Shown: piece by piece, positions 50,708 to 61,543 of the stretch | Numbering within the stretch: position 1 is the first letter of the stretch | How the letters are laid out: each line of letters starts with the position of its first letter | Source: Candidatus Binatia bacterium | Lineage (GTDB): Bacteria; Desulfobacterota; Binatia; UBA9968; CAXXLF01 | DNA length: 64,000 nt | Direction: 5' to 3' | Assembly: GCA_963664015.2 (NCBI GenBank) | Contig: CAXXLF010000001.1 | Span: 1-64,000 of the forward strand | Program-made: the position numbers and the translations under genes | The notes under the pieces: generated by a model | Told to the model about the DNA's origin: nothing | What the model saw: only the letters and a program-made list of their open reading frames with translations | Databases searched by the model: none

Positions 50708-51946
50708 ATGGCTATCGTCAAGGCATTACGCTGTCCTAAATGTGGGGATGAATCCGAATCGAAGACCGCCTTCCAGTGTCTCGATTGCGGTGTCGTCCGG
50801 GAAGCTATCATCAACACGGCACACCTGACACGATCCCGTCTGCATGAGATCCGCAAGAGCACGGACCTGACCATCTGGCGCTGGCATGACTTTCTCCCGA
50901 TTCACGACCGTTCCAATATCGTATCTTTAGGCGAGGGCTATACGCCTCTGATCAGATCCAAACGCCTGTGCCAGGAGTTGGGGTTGAACCGCCTTTACCT
51001 CAAGAATGACACCATGCTTCCCACGGGCTCCCTCAAGGACCGCAGCAATTCGGTCGGTCTTTCCAAGGCCAAAGAGCTGGGCTTCGAAACCGCCGTTGCC
51101 CTATCAACGGGCAACGCGGCAGCCTCGGTCGCCGCATACGCAGCCGTCGCCGGTCTCCGGTGCGTGGTGATGGTTCCAACCGGAACCTCATTCGCAAAGA
51201 TCGTTCAAGCTCGCGCCTATGGTGCAAGGGTTGTCTGCATCGACGGCGATCTCGATAACGAGGGCGCTAAGCTCTACAATTCGGCCATCGAACAGTTCGG
51301 TTGGTACGACACCCTTTCCTCCAATCCCTACCGAAACGAAGGAAAAAAGTCTTATGCCTACGAGATGTTCGACCAGCTCGATGAGCATGTCCCCGACTGG
51401 GTGATCCACCCGACCGCAGGAGGAGCCGGTATTTCTGCCATGTGGAAAGGCTTCAATGAGCTTACCGAGCTCGGCTGGGCCCACCGTAAGCCCAGGCTGG
51501 TCGCCGCCCAGAGCCAGGCCGCAGCACCGATCGTGGCGGCCTTTGAACGCGGTAATGATAATATCGATCCGGTTTCCGTCAGTCAGACCGTCGCGGAAAG
51601 CATCAAAGTCGGCAATCCGTCATCCTTGGGTTGGCGGGCACTGAGCGCGCTGCGGGATTCGAAAGGAACCGCTCTGGCCCTGACCGACGAGGTGATCATC
51701 GAAGCCCAAATGCTTCTGGGGCATCTTGCCGGCGTCTTTGCCGAGCCTGCCGGGGCCATTTCACTGGCCGCTGCCCAACGATTACAACAGCAGGGGATCC
51801 TCAGTCGGGACGATACCGTAGTGTGCAACATAACCGGCCACGGTCTAAAGCAGCCTGACAGCATACCCTTCTCGGAAGACGAGCTAAAACCCATAGCACC
51901 GACCCTACCGGCACTGCGTCAGCACCTGGAAAAGTACAAAGAGTAG
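50708..51946 (+). CDS. thrC: Threonine synthase (PLP fold II)
   Basis: SLGEG.TPL, PTGSLKDR, STGNAAAS, EPAGA, TGHGLK; N-terminal CxxC pairs. Confidence 0.82.
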   Translation: MAIVKALRCPKCGDESESKTAFQCLDCGVVREAIINTAHLTRSRLHEIRKSTDLTIWRWHDFLPIHDRSNIVSLGEGYTPLIRSKRLCQELGLNRLYLKNDTMLPTGSLKDRSNSVGLSKAKELGFETAVALSTGNAAASVAAYAAVAGLRCVVMVPTGTSFAKIVQARAYGARVVCIDGDLDNEGAKLYNSAIEQFGWYDTLSSNPYRNEGKKSYAYEMFDQLDEHVPDWVIHPTAGGAGISAMWKGFNELTELGWAHRKPRLVAAQSQAAAPIVAAFERGNDNIDPVSVSQTVAESIKVGNPSSLGWRALSALRDSKGTALALTDEVIIEAQMLLGHLAGVFAEPAGAISLAAAQRLQQQGILSRDDTVVCNITGHGLKQPDSIPFSEDELKPIAPTLPALRQHLEKYKE

Positions 51947-51980
51947 CCAAGGGAAGAGCTACTCTGCTAGATTCACCACA

Positions 51981-53599
<1,619 letters not shown>

Positions 53600-53614
53600 T
53601 CAACTGGCACTGTG

Positions 53615-53751
53615 TTAAGTCCCTCTTAAGTCCCTCCTCGTTGGGTTCTCTGAACTCCAACACGTCGGAAAGCTGTGTTCTGTTCCGGTACCAGTGGTCT
53701 GTCCGAGGAGCCCTCGATTCGCTCAAAAGTCCTCTAGGACAGGGACTTTAA
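53615..53751. repeat. 11-bp tandem repeat plus an inverted copy
   Basis: TTAAGTCCCTC twice at 53615-53636; AGGGACTTTAA at 53741-53751; CTCCTCG 53634-53640 is complementary to CGAGGAG 53704-53710. Confidence 0.6.
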
Positions 53752-53865
53752 GGGCACAACTTGAACCTGTAATCCAGAGCCAAAGACACCCTGCCCATAT
53801 CGACTATTCAAAGACTACGGTTTGAACAGGCCTTGATTCAGGAATTCTTGATGCCCCATCGGGTG

Positions 53866-54010
53866 TTGACAACACTGGAATGAATCCAATAACGTGAATC
53901 CGGCTGGTCTGGAGAGGGACTCGTCGGCGGCCTCTGGAACTGCCAAGGCAGAAAGGTTCTGACCTTGCAGGAGCGGAGGAGACCCCGGCCGCAAGTCTTG
54001 CTCTTTTTAT
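53866..54010 (+). promoter_or_regulatory. Putative promoter and structured 5' leader of the RRM gene
   Basis: TTGACA 53866-53871, TAACGT 53890-53895; hairpins at 53944-53967 and 53967-54001, then a T tract. Confidence 0.45.
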
Positions 54011-54043
54011 GGTCCTGACAGTCAAGAAATCAGGGAGGGTGAC

Positions 54044-54340
54044 ATGGCAAGCAAGTTGTATATAGGCGGAATTCGCTATTCGGTGACCGAGGCCCAGTTA
54101 GGAGATATCTCTGCCCAGCATGAAGAGGTCCGGTCTTCCAAGGTGATCACCGACAAATTTACCGGGCGCTCCAAAGGTTTCGGCTTTATCGAAATGGGAA
54201 CCGATGATGAGGGCCAGAAGGCAATGGAAGCGCTCAATGGGTCACAGCTCGAGGGAAGGACCCTGACCGTAAACGAGGCCAGGGAACAAGGGGACCGAAA
54301 AAGACCCGCGGGGGGCCCCGGAGACCGTGACCGTTACTAA
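54044..54340 (+). CDS. RRM RNA-binding protein
   Basis: KLYIGG (RNP2), KGFGFIEM (RNP1), LTVNEAR. Confidence 0.93.
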   Translation: MASKLYIGGIRYSVTEAQLGDISAQHEEVRSSKVITDKFTGRSKGFGFIEMGTDDEGQKAMEALNGSQLEGRTLTVNEAREQGDRKRPAGGPGDRDRY

Positions 54341-54382
54341 GAGATTAGGCCCCCTAAAGCTGAAAGAATCCACCCTGAAACG

Positions 54383-54408
54383 GCTACCCGGCGTCTGTAC
54401 CGGGTAGC
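54383..54408 (+). terminator. Stem-loop after the RRM gene (no clear U tract)
   Basis: GCTACCCGG-N8-CCGGGTAGC. Confidence 0.4.
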
Positions 54409-54619
54409 GTCACCGAGCGGGCCGAAAACTCTTAACACTCATGCTCCTTGAAGATTCTCAAAATAGTAAACGTTGGCATTGATTTATTCTTCTCACACAT
54501 CAATCCCACTGGCCCACTGGCGCCAAAGCCCCCAATTACGATCCTAATACAATTTGCTATTTCGCATTTTAGTCGGGATGGTCTATCGTTGTGTTCTGTA
54601 TCTAGAAAGGAGAATTAAG

Positions 54620-56860
54620 GTGCCCCGTCTTTGGAATCCCAGAACCTGGGCCGGGATCACGCCCGGTGGCATCGGGCATATCAAGCCCAATCCATACGCC
54701 GAGATTGCTAAAACTATCTGGCACAACCGTAATCAGCTCCCATTTGCCTGGCGGATCCTCAGTAAAGGTGTTTGCGATGGCTGTGCCCTGGGCACCCGGG
54801 GCCTTCGCGATTTCACGATTGAAGGGATCCACCTGTGCATGATCAGGCTCAACCTCTTACGCCTGAACACCATGCCTGCACTGGATACGAAAATCCTGGC
54901 AAACGCAAAAGAGCTGCAGGGCAAAAATGGCCGCGAGCTGCGAGACCTGGGGAGACTGTCTTACCCAATGGTTCGGTGCCGCGGAGAAGCCGGTTTTCGG
55001 CGCGTCTCTTGGGATGAGGCCTTGGAACGCATTGCCTCAAGGATCCGTAAGACGGTTCCCGAGCGGCTCGCTTTTTACCTCACGTCACGGGGTATCACCA
55101 ATGAGGTCTATTACGTGGCCCAGAAGGTAGCCCGTTTTCTGGGCACCAACAACGTGGACAATTCGGCGCGCATCTGCCACGCCCCCAGCACCGTCGCACT
55201 GAAGCAGACACTGGGAGTGGCCGCCTCGACCTGCTCCTACAAGGACTGGATCGGCAGCGACCTGATCGTCTTCATCGGTAGTGACACTCCTAACAACCAA
55301 CCGGTTACGACTAAATACCTCTACTACGCTAAAAAGAAGGGCACAAAAGTCGCCGTTATTAATCCGCTGCGGGAGCCGGGGCTGGAGCGTTACTGGGTAC
55401 CATCGGTGCTTGAGAGCGCCCTGTTCGGGACCAAGCTGGCCGATGAGTTCTTTACCGTCCACACTGGCGGGGATATCGCATTTATTAACGGAGTGATCAA
55501 ATTGCTCCTCGAAAACAAGACGGTTGACGAAGCGTTCATCCGAAAACATACGGTGGGATTTGATCAGCTTAAAGCAAAGCTGGAGGGCCAAACGTGGGAG
55601 ATTTTAGAAAAATACTCGGGAGCATCCCGGGATGCGATGAACCGTTTCGCCCAAATGTATGCCAAGGCCAAATCGGCAATCTTCGTTTGGAGCATGGGGA
55701 TCACCCAGCACAGTTACGGTGTCGAGAACGTCAAGGCGATCGTCAATCTGGCGTTGGCCCGAGGAATGGTTGGAAGGGAAATGTGCGGTCTCATGCCGAT
55801 TCGGGGACACAGCGGGGTACAGGGCGGTTCCGAGGTCGGGTGCAGCCCGACCAGTTACCCTGGTGGAGATCCCATAGGTCCGGAGACAGTAGAAAAATTC
55901 ACGTCCCTATGGGGATTCCCGGTCCCGAAGACGAAGGGGCTATCCGCCGTGGATATGATCGTCAACGCCCACCAGGGACGGATCGATTTACTTTATTCGG
56001 CTGGTGGAAATTTCCTCGAAACCTTGCCGGAGCCGTGTTACGTCGAAGAGGCCCTGGCAAATGTTCCTCTTCGAGTCCACCAGGACATCGTGCTCTCCAG
56101 TCAGATGTTTGTGGAACCGGCGGATGAGGTTGTCCTCCTTCCGGCCCAAACCCGCTACGAGCAACGGGGCGGCGGGACGGAAACTAGTACCGAGCGATAT
56201 ATTATTTACAGCCCTGAAATTACGGGAAGACGCATCGGTGAAAGCAAGCCCGAGTGGGAGATACTCATGCAGCTCGCCGAACGAACCTATCCAGAGCGGC
56301 TGAAGCAGATTCACTTCGACGATGCTCATGCAATTCGAAAGGAAATTGCCGATTCGGTTCCTGCCTACCGGGGCATTGAGAAATTCCAGCATCAAGGTGA
56401 TGCCGTGCAGTGGGGTGGCAGGATTCTATGCCGCGATGGCCTATTTTCGACTGCCGACGGAAAGGCGCGATTTTCGCCGTTGACACCCCCCCAAATTGAA
56501 CTGCCCGAGGGGTGGTTTTTCATGAGTACCCGACGGGGTAAACAGTTCAACAGCATGGTGCAGTCTGCTTACGATCCACTCACAGGCGCCACCCGCGATC
56601 AGGTATTTCTCAATCCGGACGATGCCGGTCGCCTGGGGATTGCAGATGGCCAGGGGATTCTGCTGCGCTCCAGTACGGGTGAGTTTCGCGGCCGGGCCAA
56701 ATTGATGTCGATTCAACCCCGTAACGTTCAAACCTTCTGGCCCGAGGGCAATGTCCTCTTGAAACGCGGCAAAACGGATCCCCTCTGCGGGATCCCCGAC
56801 TACAACAGCCTGGTACAGGTCATACCGTTAGGGTTCGGGGAACGGGAAGGGGGCGTGTAG
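54620..56860 (+). CDS. FdhF/YdeP family molybdopterin oxidoreductase (putative formate dehydrogenase)
   Basis: [47 protein letters not shown]; AGGAG RBS before GTG 54620. Confidence 0.9.
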   Translation: MPRLWNPRTWAGITPGGIGHIKPNPYAEIAKTIWHNRNQLPFAWRILSKGVCDGCALGTRGLRDFTIEGIHLCMIRLNLLRLNTMPALDTKILANAKELQGKNGRELRDLGRLSYPMVRCRGEAGFRRVSWDEALERIASRIRKTVPERLAFYLTSRGITNEVYYVAQKVARFLGTNNVDNSARICHAPSTVALKQTLGVAASTCSYKDWIGSDLIVFIGSDTPNNQPVTTKYLYYAKKKGTKVAVINPLREPGLERYWVPSVLESALFGTKLADEFFTVHTGGDIAFINGVIKLLLENKTVDEAFIRKHTVGFDQLKAKLEGQTWEILEKYSGASRDAMNRFAQMYAKAKSAIFVWSMGITQHSYGVENVKAIVNLALARGMVGREMCGLMPIRGHSGVQGGSEVGCSPTSYPGGDPIGPETVEKFTSLWGFPVPKTKGLSAVDMIVNAHQGRIDLLYSAGGNFLETLPEPCYVEEALANVPLRVHQDIVLSSQMFVEPADEVVLLPAQTRYEQRGGGTETSTERYIIYSPEITGRRIGESKPEWEILMQLAERTYPERLKQIHFDDAHAIRKEIADSVPAYRGIEKFQHQGDAVQWGGRILCRDGLFSTADGKARFSPLTPPQIELPEGWFFMSTRRGKQFNSMVQSAYDPLTGATRDQVFLNPDDAGRLGIADGQGILLRSSTGEFRGRAKLMSIQPRNVQTFWPEGNVLLKRGKTDPLCGIPDYNSLVQVIPLGFGEREGGV

Positions 56861-56863
56861 TCC

Positions 56864-57742
56864 ATGTCTTTCAAACAGTCCCTCCTGACGGGAGGCAAGC
56901 GATTTTCAATTCATCAGGTTCGCGGCCTTGACACAATGATTAACGACGATGTTCTCGCCGTGGAAGAGCCCTTGGAGTTGAGGCTGGAATCAGGGACGGA
57001 AAAGGAAAGGACCGAAAAGAGTATCTCGATCACGATGCGCACTCCTGGCCATGACGTCGAACTGGCAGCGGGCTTTTTTTATACGGAAGGAATCATCCAT
57101 GGTCGCAGCGATATTGAGGATCTTGCCCAGGTGCCAGGTCCAGGACAGCGGCTGGAGCTATGCAATGTGGTACGCCTTCGACTTCAGCCTGATGTAACGT
57201 TCGATCCCAAGCTCATCGAACGACATTTCTATACCACTTCCAGCTGCGGAGTCTGCGGCAAGGCGAGCCTTGAAGCCCTGAGAATCAACAGGTCAACGGC
57301 TATTGGCTTCACTACCGTTTCCCTCGCCGCCAAGACCCTGGAAAATATCGCAAGTGAACTCATAACGTCCCAGAAGCTCTTTCAATTGACTGGCGGTCTG
57401 CACGCCGCAGGTCTTTTCAACCCCTCCGGCCAACTACTCTGTCTGCACGAAGACGTGGGTCGACACAACGCCGTGGACAAGGTTATCGGCGACAGATTGA
57501 TAAAAGGCCACCTGCCGCTGAAAGACTCGGTCCTGATGGTCAGCGGCAGGGCAAGCTTCGAAATCATGCAAAAGGCGCTAATGGCCCGCATTCCCATCGT
57601 TGCCGCCGTAAGCGCCCCATCTAGTTTGGCCGTGGAGTTGGCCAAAACATTTAATATGACGCTGCTTGGCTTTGTGCGCGGAAACAAGTTCAACATCTAC
57701 AGCGGGGCCTCGCGGATTAAATCTGGCGTCACGCCCTCATAA
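56864..57742 (+). CDS. fdhD: Formate dehydrogenase accessory sulfurtransferase
   Basis: VEEPLE, TMRTPG, SSCGVCGK, TGGLHAA, EDVGRHNAVDK. Confidence 0.95.
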   Translation: MSFKQSLLTGGKRFSIHQVRGLDTMINDDVLAVEEPLELRLESGTEKERTEKSISITMRTPGHDVELAAGFFYTEGIIHGRSDIEDLAQVPGPGQRLELCNVVRLRLQPDVTFDPKLIERHFYTTSSCGVCGKASLEALRINRSTAIGFTTVSLAAKTLENIASELITSQKLFQLTGGLHAAGLFNPSGQLLCLHEDVGRHNAVDKVIGDRLIKGHLPLKDSVLMVSGRASFEIMQKALMARIPIVAAVSAPSSLAVELAKTFNMTLLGFVRGNKFNIYSGASRIKSGVTPS

Positions 57743-57838
57743 CCCCTGTACAAGCGCTCAAGTTGAAATAAACCCAGGGAATTTGTAAGGTAGCGAGGCG
57801 ATTCCACAACAGGTCCGACTTAGGGAAGGAACATAGCC

Positions 57839-58258
57839 ATGGCCGCAATGAGTTTGGAACTTGCGCAAGATTGCATCGAGCGAATCAGGCGCAAGGCCGC
57901 CGAAAAGGGCGTTGACGTGTCCATCGCGGTTGTCGACGATGCCGGCAGCCTCGTCGCTTACGCCCGTATGGGAATAAGGCGCGTTGGATTCGGCGAAAAG
58001 GTTGCCATGGCCAAAGCCAAAACCGCCGTGGCATTCAAGAAGGATACCGAAACAGTGAGAAAAGGTTTCGTGGACAAACCCGGCAACTATAACATCATTG
58101 GGTTGTCTGCCATGTATCCGGGCGAGTTCTGGGTAGGGGCCGGGGGCGTCCCCGTGGTCATCGAAGGCCAGATGATTGGCGGAGTAGGTGTGGCGGGTCC
58201 ATCCCCCGAGGAACTGCAGGCTTGGGTGAAGGAGGCCATTGGCGAACTAGTGGGGTAA
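57839..58258 (+). CDS. GlcG/HbpS heme-binding family protein
   Basis: VSIAVVDDAG, AMAKAKTA, GGVPV..IGGVGVAG. Confidence 0.85.
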   Translation: MAAMSLELAQDCIERIRRKAAEKGVDVSIAVVDDAGSLVAYARMGIRRVGFGEKVAMAKAKTAVAFKKDTETVRKGFVDKPGNYNIIGLSAMYPGEFWVGAGGVPVVIEGQMIGGVGVAGPSPEELQAWVKEAIGELVG

Positions 58259-58376
58259 TCTCTTTGGAATATAAGAAATAGTAACAAACTTTCCACAATC
58301 CAGGGAGCCTGATTTACCGAAATCTACAAATTTCCTGAGACGCGAAAAACAATCTTAACGGGAAGGAATATCAACA

Positions 58377-59540
58377 ATGCATGAAATCAAACAGACCTGG
58401 GACGATCAGCGACTGAAACGGGACCGCATCGCAAGGGCCCGCGAGCAAATGAAGAAGTGGGGCATCGGGGCCATGTATCTATGCGACAACGCGGTCGCCG
58501 GCCGATACCTGCTGGCACAGAAGGTGCCCGGCGGTGAACTCTTCGTTCCACCGGAAGGGGAAGTCCTTGCCTTTATACGGGGTCGGGACCAGGGCTACGT
58601 CAAAATGCACCACTCCAATGTACAGGAGCCCCTCTATCGCCGTGATGCGGCACGAGACGGCACTAGCGCTGATGAGGTTAAACGCTTTGGGACGGTGATT
58701 GCAGATCTGATGGCCAAGTACGGGTTGGCCGGGGAGGTCCTCGGCGTGGACCGTCTGTCCAGTTCCCTTATCCTTTCTCTCAATGACGCTGGGATCCGGC
58801 TCGCCGATGCCGCCCCGGTTATCGAGCATGCGGGTGCGGTCAAGACACAGGACGAATTGGAAATCTTTCGCATTATCGGAGACCAATATTTCCATACGGT
58901 CAGCGCCTTCCGTGACGCCATCCGGCCGGGGATCAGTGAAAACGAACTGGCTTCTATCGTGGTTTCTGCCTGGTATGAGGCCGGAGGCGAAGATATTGCC
59001 CAGCTCAATGTCTGCTCAGGAGAGAACATGAATCCATGGCGCCGTTGGCCAACCCAGCGCAAGATAAAAGAAGGGGAGTTCGTAGGCCTCGACCTCCACG
59101 GTCGCGGAATCCATGGCCTCAGAGGTGACGGTTCGCGCACCTTCTTCGTAGGCGATAAGCCAAGCGTCGAACAGCGGGATCTCTACAAACGGGCGTACAA
59201 TTATTTGATGAACACCATCGACATATTCCATTCGGGCCGGTCCTTTGCCGAAGTACTCGAGCGCCAACCGGATGTCCCCGACAAGTATGCCGTTCAACTT
59301 GACAACTACAACATCGGCCACGGCATGGGCCTCGGTTCGTCCGGTTACCCGCACATCACCAAGAAAAAGGCCCAAGCAGATGCGTATCTGGAACCCAATC
59401 AGGTCATCGCCGTCGAATGTTACATGGGCGAGGTCGGAAGCACCCAGGCGGTAAAACTCGAGGAGATCATCGTGGTACGCGAAGGAAAGGCCGAGATTTT
59501 GAGGCCTGGAATCCCTTATGACGAACGGCTACTAGACTAA
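58377..59540 (+). CDS. M24 family metalloenzyme (Xaa-Pro peptidase fold, DddP-like subgroup)
   Basis: VKTQDE, SGENMNPW, D..D.SRTF, GHGMG, AVECY, VKLEE. Confidence 0.85.
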   Translation: MHEIKQTWDDQRLKRDRIARAREQMKKWGIGAMYLCDNAVAGRYLLAQKVPGGELFVPPEGEVLAFIRGRDQGYVKMHHSNVQEPLYRRDAARDGTSADEVKRFGTVIADLMAKYGLAGEVLGVDRLSSSLILSLNDAGIRLADAAPVIEHAGAVKTQDELEIFRIIGDQYFHTVSAFRDAIRPGISENELASIVVSAWYEAGGEDIAQLNVCSGENMNPWRRWPTQRKIKEGEFVGLDLHGRGIHGLRGDGSRTFFVGDKPSVEQRDLYKRAYNYLMNTIDIFHSGRSFAEVLERQPDVPDKYAVQLDNYNIGHGMGLGSSGYPHITKKKAQADAYLEPNQVIAVECYMGEVGSTQAVKLEEIIVVREGKAEILRPGIPYDERLLD

Positions 59541-59571
59541 CGTCGGCGGAGTTTCGCTGGACGGTGGAGGT

Positions 59572-61543
59572 CGAACCATGGGAGCGATCCTAAGGCGATA
59601 CGAAAATAGAATCGAAAGGGAGCTGAGGGACGGGAAGTCCAGGGGGATCCGAGTAGCACCAACCACCGGTTCATCCAACGGCAACGGTTCTCATTCAGGT
59701 CCCTCTCTGGAAGATTCCCGCGCCAGCATTCCCCCACTGGGACTTCGGGAGTACTGGTATCCTGCCCTGGCGGCAAAAAAAGTACGCCGCAAGCCTCTCT
59801 ACTGGAATATGCTCGGCGACGATCTGACCTTTTTCCGGGACAAGCAGGGAGAGGTCGTTGCCATTTCCGACATCTGCCCCCACCGCGGCGCCAGCTTGAG
59901 CGAGGGAGACTGCTTCTACAAGGGTTTTCTTTCATGCCCATACCACGGCGCCACCTTCGACGGGAACGGCGAGTGCGTCGCCTTCATCCCCGAGGGACCC
60001 GATTCCAAGATGGTCGGTAACTTGAGGATACGATCCTACCCGACAAAGACGCTACGAGAGTGGGTCTTTGTCTGGATGGGCGAGGGAGAGCCCGCTCCTA
60101 TCGAAGAAGACGTCCCACCGGAATTCTTTGAAGAAGGCAACGTGGTCATTAGCTCCTATACCTACTGGCCCATCAACTGGCTCATTGCTATTGAGAACCA
60201 TAGCGATTCTCATAACGCCCTCTACCTACACCGAAACTCTATCAAGCAGTTTCTGGGATTGTCCGCCGGGCGGACGCGTACTCCCCTCGGGGCACAGGGG
60301 AAAATCGTCAATGGACGGGGCCTGATCACCACCCACGCAAATGCCAAGTATTACGCCAAAAACGGTAAAGTTCCCTACCAGATGTACTATCCCGGAGTAG
60401 ACGGAGTTTGGCCGCAAAACCGTTGGCGTCTGCTCTGGCAATGGTTTTTCAAGCTCCTTTCGGGACCAAAAAAAGAAGGGAAGTACTTTGACGGGTACGA
60501 AGAATGGGGCCAGGGTCACCATCTCCCTGGGGTGGTCCGGACCGGCGGTGGCAGCACGAGGTATTCTATCGCTGCTGGGCCGAATTTATCACGCATCCTT
60601 TATTTCTATTTTCCACGAGCCGGCAACGAGGTAACTCGCACCCTACAGAGAATGTTCTACTACTTCATCTACGATCCATTGGAGTACAACTTTAGCAGTC
60701 AAGACGGTTGGGGGACCTCCTCGTGCCGCTACTGGACACCGGAACATCTCTCTTCGACGGACTCGCAGATCCTTGTTTTGCGCAAACTAATTTCAGAAGT
60801 CTCCAGGGACGCGCAACTGAGAAAGGCCGGGCCGGCCCACAGGGACCGGCGGTTGGAAAAACACAAGGAGGTCCAAGGTTAAGCGGACGCCGAACCATGG
60901 GAGCGATCCTAAGGCGATACGAAAATAGAATCGAAAGGGAGCTGAGGGACGGGAAGTCCAGGGGGATCCGAGTAGCACCAACCACCGGTTCATCCAACGG
61001 CAACGGTTCTCATTCAGGTCCCTCTCTGGAAGATTCCCGCGCCAGCATTCCCCCACTGGGACTTCGGGAGTACTGGTATCCTGCCCTGGCGGCAAAAAAA
61101 GTACGCCGCAAGCCTCTCTACTGGAATATGCTCGGCGACGATCTGACCTTTTTCCGGGACAAGCAGGGAGAGGTCGTTGCCATTTCCGACATCTGCCCCC
61201 ACCGCGGCGCCAGCTTGAGCGAGGGAGACTGCTTCTACAAGGGTTTTCTTTCATGCCCATACCACGGCGCCACCTTCGACGGGAACGGCGAGTGCGTCGC
61301 CTTCATCCCCGAGGGACCCGATTCCAAGATGGTCGGTAACTTGAGGATACGATCCTACCCGACAAAGACGCTACGAGAGTGGGTCTTTGTCTGGATGGGC
61401 GAGGGAGAGCCCGCTCCTATCGAAGAAGACGTCCCACCGGAATTCTTTGAAGAAGGCAACGTGGTCATTAGCTCCTATACCTACTGGCCCATCAACTGGC
61501 TCATTGCTATTGAGAACCATAGCGATTCTCATAACGCCCTCTA
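59572..61543 (+). repeat. 653-bp perfect direct repeat (59572-60224 and 60891-61543)
   Basis: Line-by-line comparison found no mismatch at offset 1319; sequences diverge immediately after ...CATAACGCCCTCTA. Confidence 0.93.
59578..60882 (+). CDS. Rieske non-heme iron oxygenase, copy 1 (CarAa/OxoO-like)
   Basis: GLREYWYP, CPHRG..CPYHG Rieske motif, ENHSDSH..H, NFSSQD; GGAGG RBS at 59566-59570. Confidence 0.9.
   Translation: MGAILRRYENRIERELRDGKSRGIRVAPTTGSSNGNGSHSGPSLEDSRASIPPLGLREYWYPALAAKKVRRKPLYWNMLGDDLTFFRDKQGEVVAISDICPHRGASLSEGDCFYKGFLSCPYHGATFDGNGECVAFIPEGPDSKMVGNLRIRSYPTKTLREWVFVWMGEGEPAPIEEDVPPEFFEEGNVVISSYTYWPINWLIAIENHSDSHNALYLHRNSIKQFLGLSAGRTRTPLGAQGKIVNGRGLITTHANAKYYAKNGKVPYQMYYPGVDGVWPQNRWRLLWQWFFKLLSGPKKEGKYFDGYEEWGQGHHLPGVVRTGGGSTRYSIAAGPNLSRILYFYFPRAGNEVTRTLQRMFYYFIYDPLEYNFSSQDGWGTSSCRYWTPEHLSSTDSQILVLRKLISEVSRDAQLRKAGPAHRDRRLEKHKEVQG

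Noticed and set aside
54620-56860. Selenocysteine in the formate dehydrogenase-like gene
   Set aside because: There is no in-frame TGA; the active-site position is Cys (RICH).
60708-60896. 63-aa N-terminal extension of Rieske copy 2 in the ORF track
   Set aside because: It overlaps the 3' end of copy 1 in another frame; homology with copy 1 places the start at 60897.
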